In this document: one piece after another, positions 1-10,092 of the stretch
Layout: the number at the start of each line of letters is the position of its first letter
Numbering within the stretch: the stretch's first letter is position 1
IMG/VR virus record: IMGVR_UViG_2595698834_000001
Location: 85,845 to 149,844 of that record
DNA from: a virus
Taxonomy: Duplodnaviria > Caudoviricetes
Reading direction: 5' to 3' (one strand)
DNA length: 64,000 nt
Position numbers and translations under genes: made by a program
Notes under the pieces: model-generated
Told to the model about the DNA's origin: nothing
The model's input: the letters and a program-made list of their open reading frames with translations, nothing else
The model's database searches: none

Positions 1-926
1 ACGCTGGATAGATCGGACAGTACAAGGCTTTGAGATGTTTGCATGTTGTTTAGGTACCTAGTAATTTCTGTTGTAATCTTTTGGTTGAAGGCGCTTGTGA
101 TTCCTGCTTTGTTATTCAGTGTGACAGTCACACTCACGTCTACATTCTTTTTCTCTACTGGAAGAACTCTTACTTGTATGCCAGCAGGTCTGTAGTCTTC
201 AAGTGTATTAAGAATTTTTTCTTTCACATCATCCGGAAGATTTCCGTTTCGATCATGGGCGTAAATGTTAACTCGACCTGTCTCTTCCTCGATCCAAACC
301 CCGGCGACTTCCGTGACTGTTCGTGTGCCGTACTCTAAAGCAGGTACTGTAGCTCGGCTAAGTGCAGTAATAAAGGCGTTAAATCTTGAGCGCTGTTCTT
401 CTAGAGGTTCTTGATCCTGACCTGTTTGGAAAGCTGCGGGGTTGTTTACTTCCTTGACGTTAGATATAGGAGACTGCATGACGTCAATCACATCTTCAGG
501 AATGTTCCCAGTAGCACCCGGAGATAAGCAATACACTTCAAACTCAGCTAATACTGACCCTCTCGGAATCACATAATCAACTCGTGTTTCATATAGCTGC
601 GTGTATTGCGGCATACTCGAGCTGAATCTTGATCCCCTTGAGATAGTGATATCGGTTTGTGTCGAATTATGGAAGGAAACTTGCACCACTCCATACGCTC
701 TAACTGCCTCTTTACGCTTAAACCCGAAAGCATTGTAGACTCCTTGCTCTACAGCTTCCAGCATGTTTTCCCGGGTTAACACATAGAACTGTTCCAGTTC
801 AATTGCTATAGACTCATAAATGGCACGCATAGCACTTCCTACAGAGAAGTCGTTAACATCGTGTGTGTTGGTAATGGTGTTATCTACAAGCCTTGAATAA
901 ATCTCTGACATTCGTTTAAAACGCAT
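1..926 (-). CDS. Baseplate J-like protein (runs off the window's left edge)
   Basis: Manual translation from ATG at 926 (GAGGAGG RBS): MRFKRMSEIYSRLVDNTITNTHDVNDFSVGSAMRAIYESIAIELEQFY...GQDQEPLEEQRSRF...LEDYRPAGIQV; baseplate J pattern and synteny. Absent from the ORF track because it is incomplete. Confidence 0.85.
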   Translation of the reverse strand, partial: MRFKRMSEIYSRLVDNTITNTHDVNDFSVGSAMRAIYESIAIELEQFYVLTRENMLEAVEQGVYNAFGFKRKEAVRAYGVVQVSFHNSTQTDITISRGSRFSSSMPQYTQLYETRVDYVIPRGSVLAEFEVYCLSPGATGNIPEDVIDVMQSPISNVKEVNNPAAFQTGQDQEPLEEQRSRFNAFITALSRATVPALEYGTRTVTEVAGVWIEEETGRVNIYAHDRNGNLPDDVKEKILNTLEDYRPAGIQVRVLPVEKKNVDVSVTVTLNNKAGITSAFNQKITTEITRYLNNMQTSQSLVLSDLSS

Positions 927-939
927 ATTGACCCTCCTC

Positions 940-1677
940 TCATGTTACTAAGTCATTGAAACTATTTAGTAGGACGACTGTCCCTTGATCTGCGGATACA
1001 ATAAAATCGAAAGCATCCTCTAGTGTGATAGATGAAACTTTAAACTCTGCCGCATAGGTATTACCAATAATGCGGCGCCTAACCAACTTACAAGTTGTAA
1101 CCCTTGTGTCTGTTCGAAGTGCCCGCTCGATCTCAATATCAATTAGAGAAGCATTCTCCTCGGTATTCTTTTTACCGAGATATAGATGAAGTCTTGAACC
1201 GTATAAAGGATGACCTATGTAACTTCCTTGCGGTGTGATCAGTCTCACAAATAATGATTGCTTTAAATTATCTACTCCTCGTACAGTAGCTATTCCACCT
1301 TTATTGTCTCCCTTAAGTTCTAGTATTTCTGCGTCCTGCCCGGGGTCGGTCATGCCTTTAGGGAGCGGCAAGATATTTAGGTCCTTTCCTAAAGCCAATG
1401 CATACAGCTCGTCTTGGCTATACTCCGAACTACGCTTTAGCTCCTGTATAAGGGTAGACTGTACGTCATCATCTACTCGCATCAGGATTGTGTCACCTAT
1501 AGTCACTAGATGATCCGGATTCTCCATCTTTTCTTTCAGTGTGTCAACGATGTAAGGGTATCTTAGGTCATTAAAAGAGACTAGCTCCGTCCACAAGGAC
1601 ATATCACCTAGTTTCTCTTGGGCAATAGCTTGCATGGTGTCTCCATCCCTTACGATATGTTCAACGAATTTTGACAC
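940..1677 (-). CDS. Baseplate wedge protein (N-terminal LysM-like, C-terminal gp25/W-like)
   Basis: HIVRDGDTMQAIA LysM-like start; GVDNLKQSLFVRLITPQGSYIGHPLYGSRL gp25-like motif. Confidence 0.75.
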   Translation of the reverse strand: MSKFVEHIVRDGDTMQAIAQEKLGDMSLWTELVSFNDLRYPYIVDTLKEKMENPDHLVTIGDTILMRVDDDVQSTLIQELKRSSEYSQDELYALALGKDLNILPLPKGMTDPGQDAEILELKGDNKGGIATVRGVDNLKQSLFVRLITPQGSYIGHPLYGSRLHLYLGKKNTEENASLIDIEIERALRTDTRVTTCKLVRRRIIGNTYAAEFKVSSITLEDAFDFIVSADQGTVVLLNSFNDLVT

Positions 1678-2180
1678 TATCTACGCCCCCTTTCGTTTAG
1701 TATTACGTCGATCTGATTTTCTAAGTACCCAAAGGAAATGTTCATGTCTCGGAGAACTTCGATTAGCCCGTAATACTTCTGTTCAGTACTGAGAAAGTCA
1801 GTAATGAAATTTAAGTTTGTTCGTGCTTTTCGGATGTCTGAGTGTGACACGTACTGTAGGTTTCGGAACTCGCTGTCTATTGTGTAAAGAAGTGAGAAGG
1901 CTTCTAGTACAGTTGCCCGCAGCAGCATGTAAATATCCGGAGCATAAGAACCTAGATCACTATCTAGCGCTTTGTAGACAACTGTCTCCGGTTCAAGCTC
2001 TTCAGCCTCTACTTCTATTTTACCACTTTTGAGCTCAGACTGGACAAGTCGTGCTACAGTGGACAATGAATATACGGGTTCGTACAGTTCTGATTGGAAC
2101 TTAGGGGATACAGGAATAGTTCCGTCATTCAGTGTAGGTATATTAGATACGAACCTAATTAAGTCTTCAGCGTATGCCAT
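1677..2180 (-). CDS. Conserved baseplate/tail region protein
   Basis: 167 aa ORF translationally coupled to both neighbours. Confidence 0.6.
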   Translation of the reverse strand: MAYAEDLIRFVSNIPTLNDGTIPVSPKFQSELYEPVYSLSTVARLVQSELKSGKIEVEAEELEPETVVYKALDSDLGSYAPDIYMLLRATVLEAFSLLYTIDSEFRNLQYVSHSDIRKARTNLNFITDFLSTEQKYYGLIEVLRDMNISFGYLENQIDVILNERGRR

Positions 2181-2953
2181 TACTTCTTCCTCCTTAAGTA
2201 GTAACCAATGGAGTAACCTAGACCACCCATCCCATATGTGTAGGACGTAGAGGAGGGTGCTTGTGGGTTTACTGCATCGTTACCCGGTGTTGTCGACATA
2301 GGAGAGTTATTAGAAGTTCCCTGTGACTGGTTAACAACACCGCTGTTATAGATTTTATCGTTTCCTGAAGTCGGGTCGTACGGATTGGCTTTGTCTACGT
2401 CATAAGGGCTTCGTTTACCTTCTTTACCTTTTGGCAGTGACGGGAACCTGTTACCGATTTCCGGGGAGAGCCTCTCCTCGTCAGAAGGTTCATTAGCTTC
2501 TCGTAGAATTACAAACTTGATGTCGTATCTGTAGGTAAGCGGAGAACTAACGTCTTGTGTGTAAGTAACCCCTTCAGGAGATAAATGGACTACGTAGCTC
2601 TCGTCATTAGTGAAATCATGGAAGAAAAGATCGCTAGCTGACTTGTTCCCGTTTCCTCCGAGACGAGCGTAGTAAATTAAATAGTCTTTCATTTCTTTAA
2701 TTTTATTAATACCTCGATCTGATGTTTTACCTGTTGGGTTAAATCCTGTGGTTCCGCCAATCGTCACAGTCGGGATGTCATCTTGAAAGTCCTCTATAAC
2801 GATTCTACTCTTCGTTTTTACGGCTGTTGCTCTATGGGGTCTGCTATAGACGATACTTTCAGGGTTCACAGCGAATCTATAAAATTTGTTCCCTAGTTGG
2901 AACGCTATTTTCCTTAAATTAGTTTTGCCATCTGACATGGTCATCTTAATCAC
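2180..2953 (-). CDS. Baseplate hub / tail-tube initiator-like structural protein
   Basis: FAVNPESIVYSRPHR...IEDFQDDIPTVTIGGTTG; typical Herelleviridae position. Start may be at 2938. Confidence 0.6.
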   Translation of the reverse strand: MIKMTMSDGKTNLRKIAFQLGNKFYRFAVNPESIVYSRPHRATAVKTKSRIVIEDFQDDIPTVTIGGTTGFNPTGKTSDRGINKIKEMKDYLIYYARLGGNGNKSASDLFFHDFTNDESYVVHLSPEGVTYTQDVSSPLTYRYDIKFVILREANEPSDEERLSPEIGNRFPSLPKGKEGKRSPYDVDKANPYDPTSGNDKIYNSGVVNQSQGTSNNSPMSTTPGNDAVNPQAPSSTSYTYGMGGLGYSIGYYLRRKK

Positions 2954-2970
2954 CTCATTCTTAATATAAG

Positions 2971-2992
2971 AAAAGACGGGAAGAATCCCGTC
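2971..2992 (-). terminator. Intrinsic terminator
   Basis: GACGGGA-TTCT-TCCCGTC hairpin followed by a T-run on the minus strand. Confidence 0.65.
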
Positions 2993-3032
2993 CTACTTAA
3001 ATGGTTTATTCGGTTGTTCCTTTAGAAGCTAC

Positions 3033-3314
3033 TTAGGCTCCACCCTCAAGGGCGTCTCTTTCTTCCTTCGTAAGAGCAGCCTCCGGAAGACCAATATCGA
3101 TTAGCATCTGCTTAGTAAGCGGTCTTTGAGCTACAGGTACTTTATCAAAGTCCCAGTTTCCTAGGAGGATAAAACCGACGTTAATTCGAATAATCGGAGG
3201 GTATTTCGCACGAATAGCGTCGTACTCTTCCATAGTTATTGGAAGTCTATATCCTGCCCCCATAGTAGTTACCGTTTGTTCTTCGATTACCTTGTTGCTT
3301 AGTATATTCTTCAT
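3033..3314 (-). CDS. Hypothetical protein (tail fibre accessory region)
   Basis: 93 aa ORF with AAGGGAG RBS. Confidence 0.6.
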   Translation of the reverse strand: MKNILSNKVIEEQTVTTMGAGYRLPITMEEYDAIRAKYPPIIRINVGFILLGNWDFDKVPVAQRPLTKQMLIDIGLPEAALTKEERDALEGGA

Positions 3315-3360
3315 TATAAGTAGTTGCTCCCTTCAAATTATGATCTCGTTAATGTAGGTC

Positions 3361-3813
3361 TTAGGCTTCCTCCTCTATCGGAACTTCACCGCCGCCGTCG
3401 TTAGCTGGAGGATCATCGAGAGGGTTTTTACCTAACTCAGAGAGAAGCTCAGAGATAAGGACTATGTAGTCTTCGTTCATTTTCGAAAGCATTTCGACCT
3501 TTTCTTTCAAACCTGCGGTCTCATCATCCTTTTCCTTAAATATTTTCTCGATGTTCTTAAGGATTTCTTGTCGTCTTTTCTCTGCTTCTTGCCTTTTTTT
3601 CTCTTCCTCTAAGTCTTTCTCCCATCTACTGTTATCATAGATTAATTCGTCGTTATCGAGTCTATATTTTCCGGGACTTCTAAAGAAAGGATGGTCTTCT
3701 TCTATTTCGTATGGAATTGTTCCCGGTGCATCTGAACTTGACCACCCGTCCACATAAAGTACCCCTTCTGTTTCTGTTCTGATGCACCATAAATAAATTT
3801 TTCTTTTTGCCAT
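3361..3813 (-). CDS. Tail fibre-associated coiled-coil protein (chaperone-like)
   Basis: Start re-assigned to ATG 3813 (MAKRKIYLW) after the GAAGGGA RBS; coiled-coil; follows a fibre gene. Confidence 0.6.
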   Translation of the reverse strand: MAKRKIYLWCIRTETEGVLYVDGWSSSDAPGTIPYEIEEDHPFFRSPGKYRLDNDELIYDNSRWEKDLEEEKKRQEAEKRRQEILKNIEKIFKEKDDETAGLKEKVEMLSKMNEDYIVLISELLSELGKNPLDDPPANDGGGEVPIEEEA

Positions 3814-3841
3814 TAAAATCATCCCTTCGTATATGTATAGT

Positions 3842-6244
3842 TTACCAAGTGTACACGTACCGTAAAACGGACGTGTTGTTGGGTGATACACTATTCTGAT
3901 TGTGACCGACTATTGTCGTATCTGTTACGTAGATATATTTAAAAACAGGCTGTATTTTATCTACACCTCCAGCACCCGTGGTAGGGTCGGCGCCTAGGGA
4001 TTGAACCATACCTCCTGCTGTCAGGTTGCTAAATCTTTTGGGTACATAGATGAAGTTCCAAAAAGAATTGTAAGGTTCTCCTCTGTCGTACCTACTCCAA
4101 ACCATAATCCACCCGTTAGGGCATTTTGAGATTGCCCTACTAGGGGTTATTGTCTGCCTGGCGTGCATGTACTGATACCCTGACCATAACTCTTCAAGCC
4201 CTTGGCGATCGGTGAATACTACGTTGTCGTTTAAGTACCCTACACCGTCCATCACCCTATTCCAGTCGTAGTCTGCGACGTTAGCACTGTTCTCAGGCGT
4301 ACCTGTTTTAGCCCACATTAGCCCTTCTCCTCTTACGTTGGCAGGGTCATTAAAATATAGACCGTTCAACCCTGTAACATCAGAGTTGTTTAGGAACATC
4401 GCCCCTGAGCCTTCGGTAGCTCCTGCGTAAATGTTCTGCCCGAACTCTACTGTGCCGTTAATCTTAATTGAGTATTCTTTGGAAGGGAAATCAAAAAATC
4501 CAACAGCTTTTAAGTCCGGGTCAAAGAACTGTATGGGTCTACCAGCAGAAATCACGTAGTCTTTTGTGACTGTAGATAATTGATCAACGGCTTCAATTTG
4601 AAGATTGAAAGTCATTAGTTCGCTCAAAGTTATAGTTTGTTCTACAGTGTAAACAGTTGGTCCTCCTGTTTTAAGCAAGTTCCACCACTGACCCCATGCA
4701 GATGCACTAGCTAACTTCCACCTAAATTTTAAAGATTTAAGGGAGTTTTTGTTGGTAGATCCTACATTTAGCGGTTTGAGCGTTACAGTTTTTGCTAAGT
4801 TTGTCGCTGCCTCAAACCCGTTATTGCGTGTCACCGACACCGAGATGTTAGGATTTGAGTACGGTACTATAGTGACTGCTCGGGTAACAGATGTAGAAAA
4901 CCCTCGACTGTCAGTTGCTTTGATTGTAATGTTAGTATTAGACGGAGATGAAACTGTTCCGAAAGATATTACTACGTCAGAAGTCGAGTAGTTCTCTGTT
5001 TTCGTTACTCCGTTGACAGTTACCGAGTACGTTTTCATGACGGCGCTATTTTGTGCTGTAGCGCTAGAGGACGATGGTATGGTTACCTGTAAGTTTGACT
5101 TGTTTTGAACGATTACCTGATCGTTGGTGGTAATAGCAGTTGTGATCGTATTTACGTCCTTATAGGTCACACCATTTGCTGTGAACACTGGTTTGTTTGT
5201 GCTTGGGTTCGCTACATATGTAAAAGTCTTGTTTGTTGGTATACCTACTTGCGTATTTCCGTAATACGCCGTTACTCGAATGTTGGCACTATTTGAAGAA
5301 GACTGCCCTAGCTGTGAATAGATAGAGCTTTGTTCGGAAGCTGATGGGGTCCATGAAGTGCTTGTGCCTACTCCTGTAATCGTCTTTCGGTAGTTTCCTG
5401 TACTAATCTCAACAGTGTGTGTAAAGCTGCTGTTAGACCTGTTAAGTCCAATTGTGAACGTCTGATCTACATACACATTAGTAGCTGATCCACCTTGACC
5501 GTTCGTAGAACTTACCGAAGTTAAGCTAGGTATCGTACACGTCCCGTTGTAAGTCGTAGTTCCTACTCTGCTGCTACCACTATAGGTGTTTACATTCCAC
5601 CTAACATCAGCCGATGTTCTTCCATCTAGTTGCTTAAAAATATTCTCGAACTCAGTGCTCGTAAAACTAGTAGACTTAGAGGTCTGTGATGTGGACAAAT
5701 CAACTCTTGTGATGTTGACCCATGACCCGCTTCGATTCTTGATGTCTAAGTATACAGTGTGACTGAACGTTGAAGATGCTCGGTTCACTGTGACGGTTCT
5801 GTTGCTACCTGCTGTTAATGATGCGCTTGAACTCATTGTTGAAGCTCTTGGGATAGTTGGCAAGCTAAACGTTTTAGCAGATATAGTAATACGGGTCCTC
5901 ATTACTCCTTGTAATGTGACTTGAGGGCTGAATTCTCCGCTAATTCGTACACTACCTGACCCATTGCCGCTATGCTTAACTGTTTTAGACTTTGTAGCAA
6001 GAAGCTTCTTTTGGTTAGGGTTTAACGATGGAGTAGCGCTAAAGCTGTAGTCTGTCCCATCAATAGTTATTTTCCCACTACGGGTCATAGACGAGTTCAC
6101 CCTGCCGTACCCATTTAAGGCTTCCCAGTAAATCTTCGCAGTAACCGTACTTGAGTTGTTAGACACGTTCTGTGTCGCAGTCCACGATACAGAAAGCCTC
6201 CAGTGCGAACCTACGTTAGTGTAAATAGTTCCTGATCCTGCCAT
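3842..6244 (-). CDS. Tail fibre / receptor-binding protein (DUF859-like N-terminus)
   Basis: 800 aa Ser/Thr-rich beta protein; QNVSNNSSTVTAKIY, TIPRAST and RASSTFSHTV repeats; C-terminal LWSG...CPNGWIMVWSRY fibre-tip motif. Confidence 0.7.
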   Translation of the reverse strand: MAGSGTIYTNVGSHWRLSVSWTATQNVSNNSSTVTAKIYWEALNGYGRVNSSMTRSGKITIDGTDYSFSATPSLNPNQKKLLATKSKTVKHSGNGSGSVRISGEFSPQVTLQGVMRTRITISAKTFSLPTIPRASTMSSSASLTAGSNRTVTVNRASSTFSHTVYLDIKNRSGSWVNITRVDLSTSQTSKSTSFTSTEFENIFKQLDGRTSADVRWNVNTYSGSSRVGTTTYNGTCTIPSLTSVSSTNGQGGSATNVYVDQTFTIGLNRSNSSFTHTVEISTGNYRKTITGVGTSTSWTPSASEQSSIYSQLGQSSSNSANIRVTAYYGNTQVGIPTNKTFTYVANPSTNKPVFTANGVTYKDVNTITTAITTNDQVIVQNKSNLQVTIPSSSSATAQNSAVMKTYSVTVNGVTKTENYSTSDVVISFGTVSSPSNTNITIKATDSRGFSTSVTRAVTIVPYSNPNISVSVTRNNGFEAATNLAKTVTLKPLNVGSTNKNSLKSLKFRWKLASASAWGQWWNLLKTGGPTVYTVEQTITLSELMTFNLQIEAVDQLSTVTKDYVISAGRPIQFFDPDLKAVGFFDFPSKEYSIKINGTVEFGQNIYAGATEGSGAMFLNNSDVTGLNGLYFNDPANVRGEGLMWAKTGTPENSANVADYDWNRVMDGVGYLNDNVVFTDRQGLEELWSGYQYMHARQTITPSRAISKCPNGWIMVWSRYDRGEPYNSFWNFIYVPKRFSNLTAGGMVQSLGADPTTGAGGVDKIQPVFKYIYVTDTTIVGHNQNSVSPNNTSVLRYVYTW

Positions 6245-6323
6245 TTTCGTCCTCCTTTATACATCAGCCACCCTTGTCGTCTCATCTATATTATATCAAT
6301 AATGGACAGGGCGGACTAATGGT

Positions 6324-9300
6324 TTATTCTATGTTTGGTACAACTGCCCAGCCGTTGCGAACAGAAGAGGTAATATTCAAAATTTTTACTCTACCCATTG
6401 TTATTTCGTCCTTAGCTCGTAACTTTTTGGTTACAGTTTCTTCCCCATTTAAGTAAAATATCTTTTCAAAGTTTCCTGTACCGTCCGGGTCGTAGAATCC
6501 TGCAAACTCTGTAGGCGTGATAGCGGTATACCCAATCTCATTTCTGTCAGCATCTAGCTGCGAAACACGAATACCCTGTAAGTTCATTCTAACATAAGTG
6601 TTATAAACTTCCCCAGTTGCTAGTGACCATTTAAGAGGAATGTCTCCGATTGTTAGCATAATACCAGTTAAAGTAGCGTCTACATCGTTAGACCCAATGA
6701 ACCGAACTGTAATGTTGTCAGTTGTAGGGGTGAACGTAATATATTCAGATTCATACCCGGAGGTTATAAGGGATGAGTTATCCGCTATCTGCGTTTTAAT
6801 GACGCCATCTTCTAAAATCTGCACCCAAAATCGACCTCTACTTGAATTTCCTGTTGTACGTTTATTTAGGTACCACGATAAAGTGTAAGGCTGCCCCTCT
6901 ATTACAGATACATTTTGGTTTACTCCTTGGTACAACCCGTCAGGCTTAAACACAAAACCACTACCAAACCCTAAAGAGTCAAGCTCTAGTGTGCTAATGG
7001 TCGAAACTGTCGAAGCATTGCCGGGGTATGTTAGTGTCCAAAAGTCTAAACCGGAGAACCCTATACTGTTTTTAATAAGGTTCATTCCGCCTGCTGCGCT
7101 AAACTTGGCGGTGATGTCATTAGCTGTCTGATCAAGTTGTGACTGGGTAACATACGGCGAGAAGTCGATGCTGTCAAACGTGTCTTTTATCTTTTTATCA
7201 ACATCGTTAGTTAGATCGTCTATTTTGTCGTTAGTAGCGTAGTTTCCTAGATCGTCTGTGTTGGCTTTACTCGCTAGGGCGAGTTGGTACGATACTGAAC
7301 TTGTTACAGTATTAACGATAGCGTCGTCTGTTATGGACTGCTCAGCTTCAGATATCCTCCGTTGTAGTATCGGAATAATATACTTTAGGTTGTCTGTTAT
7401 TGTGGCAAGGTTTAAGGCGTACTTTATGTAACCACTCTGTATAGTTGGGGTACCTAGAGGGTACTTTAATTCAATGTTATTTACTCCTGTCTTTAAGCCT
7501 AAGACACCATCAAACGGAACAGAGACTTGGACTAGTGTAGCTAAACAGTACAGTATTTGGTACATGTTAACTGAGAACTCGGATATAGCAAAAGAATTTC
7601 CAGAAGGTACTGTTGTAACGGACCTAGCAAGGTCGGTGTCTTTTAATGGGTGCCAAGTTTTAGTACCTGTTTCGTTATAGTTACTTCCGAATGTTCCGTC
7701 ACACATCTTCCACCCGAGGAAATATGCTTTCATTTCTTCCGGAGAAGGACTGTAGTTCTCTCCCCACCCAGTATCACTGTCTGCAACGGATATATATAAA
7801 TCACCGTCACTGTTTAACTGGGCTTGGTCTACTGTAGTAATTTCGGTTGTTGTTGTCAACAGCTCTCCCGTAGACTTAACTCCTGTTACAGTGGCTCCGA
7901 TAACGTCGGAACCGAATGACCGAGAAACTAGACTCTTAAACCCGTCCTTGTCGACTGCAAGCCCCCACTCGTAGGAGTCGTCAATTAGTATGTCTTCCCA
8001 TCTTTTTTCTTTTGTTAACTCTCCAGTAGTTTCCCATTTGACCCTGTCGTAGTAATCTCCTTGCCCGTAGAACTTACCATACATGGTTAGTGCGCCCTCT
8101 CCTAAGAACGAAGGGTTTGTAACAGGCACTATTCTGTTTCCGTTCGAAACCCATTCATTAGGCGGGTTAGCGGGGTCTATTCCGTTAGCGACCCACCCAT
8201 CAACGTGACTTCCGTGGAATTCAGGAAGACCTACACTTGCAATAGGTGAGTTTATCACCACAATATTTGAAGATGAAGTAATAGGAGCCGTCTCAAACTC
8301 TCCCGCTTTACTTACTGCTTGAATTGCGTCTCTTACTGCTCCTTCTCCGACTTGATCCGCATATTGCTGCTGTCTCTTCTGTATCTCGGTGTTTAGTAAA
8401 TGGTACCGAAGTTTGTAGTTGTTCCAAGCGTCATCCCACGTAGCCGAGTCAATTGTAAGACTACTAGCGGTGTCAATATCCCATGGTTTCGGTGTTAAAT
8501 CTCCGAGGTATGTTCTCAGTGCAGAGTACGCATTACCGAAGTTTACGAAAAACTCGTTGATACTAGATACTCCGATATCACTGGCAGCCTTTCGAATAGC
8601 GTAAGCTTGACCTAGTTGACTTGCGTCAATTTCTTCTAGGGTCGGCATACTCTCATTGGACTCAAGGAACCTTCCTACGATATTTGCGATCTCAGCCCTT
8701 ACAACGCTTCTCTCATACCGTGTGAGCTTGCTATCAGAGTCTAGGTCTGTTACCCCGTTGTAAGCATCCTTAACTTGCTGATCTGCGTTAGGATCAAGCT
8801 GCGCTAAGTTCAGGGGACCTGTTTGCTCCCATTCTCCTGTTGCCTCTCTGAAGATGTAGAATTTGAATGGTTCTTGAGACGTATTAACCCATATCATCCC
8901 GTCTGTAGGGTTTTCCGGTGGAGTTGGTGAAGTAGCAATGTCGTTCAAGTTTACAAGTGTCTTTTGTCCTGAAGAGATGATTCGTCCTTGGACTGCCTTT
9001 TTGCTCACGTCGACAATAAGGTTACTCGTTCCTTTTACATCCGCAGAAGGGACAGTTACTTTATCTCCGGTAACCGATGTATACTTTTTGACCAGCTCTC
9101 CATCAGACTTGTAGAGTGCCCACGCAAAGTTAAAGTCACTAGTAGGGATGATTGTACCGTTTTGAGTTAGCTGTGCTGTAAACTCCACAGACCCTACTCC
9201 GTTTTTGTAAACAGATGATCCGAGAATGTCCGCCATAATAGGGTCTTGGAAGTCTCGTGCGATAACCACACCCGAATATTTAATTCCGGTTGTAGGTGCC

Positions 9301-10079
9301 GTAGCGATACAGCGGAATCCTTTTACTCCGTCAATTGCACTCGCAGGTACTGAGATCTTTGAAGTTGTGTACCCAGTGACATCGTGGTTGTTTGTATCAG
9401 TTAGCAGCTCCCACCCGTCTCCACCATCCGCATCTCCTAGATTTTCCGAGGTCGCATCAGCATTTTGAATGTACCACTTAAACGCAGTAGGTGTTACTTT
9501 ATCCGACCCTTTGTACATGTCTGCTTGTATCTCTACTCGACCTGCACTGTTTCGGATCGTGTCGCCTTTAGGAGTCCAGAGATTGATGAAGTAAGCATCC
9601 ACACCTGAAATACCGCTGTCTACTTTAATTACTTCGAAACTAGCCTTGACGATAATGTCGAAGTTTGTTAGTGTCTCTGTATATGTAACAACGCAAGTGA
9701 AAATCTGATTTGTTTGGTTAGCAAGGTTAGACTTAATGACAAGCGTTTTAGTTACAGTTGTTGCCGGGTCAGCAGTTAATGAGTATGCTAGCCCGCTAGG
9801 TGTTGTTCCAGCATCCGTTTCAGCTAACGGGGTATCTGTTTGAGTCCCTTCGTACCATTTGAGTGACTTTACATTAGCAGAAGGAAGAAGGTTTGTACCA
9901 TCTCCTCCTGAAACGTAGAGCTCCGGTGTGATTCTTAAGTTATTATTTGTGAAGTTAGGCGTGTAGGTTCCTTTGTTCGGGTCGAATATTTGAGTACGTA
10001 CATTACCGTTTAGGTATAGCACGTACTGTTTCGCATCATTCAGGTTTGTTAGCGTTATCTGCCCTGCGGTTAATGCCAT
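6324..10079 (-). CDS. Large tail fibre / host-specificity protein with carbohydrate-binding-like domain
   Basis: 1251 aa; GQITLTNLND repeats, PPENPTDGMIWVNTS, GGMNLIKNS CBM-like C-terminus. Confidence 0.7.
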   Translation of the reverse strand: MALTAGQITLTNLNDAKQYVLYLNGNVRTQIFDPNKGTYTPNFTNNNLRITPELYVSGGDGTNLLPSANVKSLKWYEGTQTDTPLAETDAGTTPSGLAYSLTADPATTVTKTLVIKSNLANQTNQIFTCVVTYTETLTNFDIIVKASFEVIKVDSGISGVDAYFINLWTPKGDTIRNSAGRVEIQADMYKGSDKVTPTAFKWYIQNADATSENLGDADGGDGWELLTDTNNHDVTGYTTSKISVPASAIDGVKGFRCIATAPTTGIKYSGVVIARDFQDPIMADILGSSVYKNGVGSVEFTAQLTQNGTIIPTSDFNFAWALYKSDGELVKKYTSVTGDKVTVPSADVKGTSNLIVDVSKKAVQGRIISSGQKTLVNLNDIATSPTPPENPTDGMIWVNTSQEPFKFYIFREATGEWEQTGPLNLAQLDPNADQQVKDAYNGVTDLDSDSKLTRYERSVVRAEIANIVGRFLESNESMPTLEEIDASQLGQAYAIRKAASDIGVSSINEFFVNFGNAYSALRTYLGDLTPKPWDIDTASSLTIDSATWDDAWNNYKLRYHLLNTEIQKRQQQYADQVGEGAVRDAIQAVSKAGEFETAPITSSSNIVVINSPIASVGLPEFHGSHVDGWVANGIDPANPPNEWVSNGNRIVPVTNPSFLGEGALTMYGKFYGQGDYYDRVKWETTGELTKEKRWEDILIDDSYEWGLAVDKDGFKSLVSRSFGSDVIGATVTGVKSTGELLTTTTEITTVDQAQLNSDGDLYISVADSDTGWGENYSPSPEEMKAYFLGWKMCDGTFGSNYNETGTKTWHPLKDTDLARSVTTVPSGNSFAISEFSVNMYQILYCLATLVQVSVPFDGVLGLKTGVNNIELKYPLGTPTIQSGYIKYALNLATITDNLKYIIPILQRRISEAEQSITDDAIVNTVTSSVSYQLALASKANTDDLGNYATNDKIDDLTNDVDKKIKDTFDSIDFSPYVTQSQLDQTANDITAKFSAAGGMNLIKNSIGFSGLDFWTLTYPGNASTVSTISTLELDSLGFGSGFVFKPDGLYQGVNQNVSVIEGQPYTLSWYLNKRTTGNSSRGRFWVQILEDGVIKTQIADNSSLITSGYESEYITFTPTTDNITVRFIGSNDVDATLTGIMLTIGDIPLKWSLATGEVYNTYVRMNLQGIRVSQLDADRNEIGYTAITPTEFAGFYDPDGTGNFEKIFYLNGEETVTKKLRAKDEITMGRVKILNITSSVRNGWAVVPNIE

Positions 10080-10092
10080 TTAAGTCTCCTCC

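Noticed and set aside
81-338. Plus-strand 85-aa ORF
   Set aside because: Antisense to the baseplate J gene
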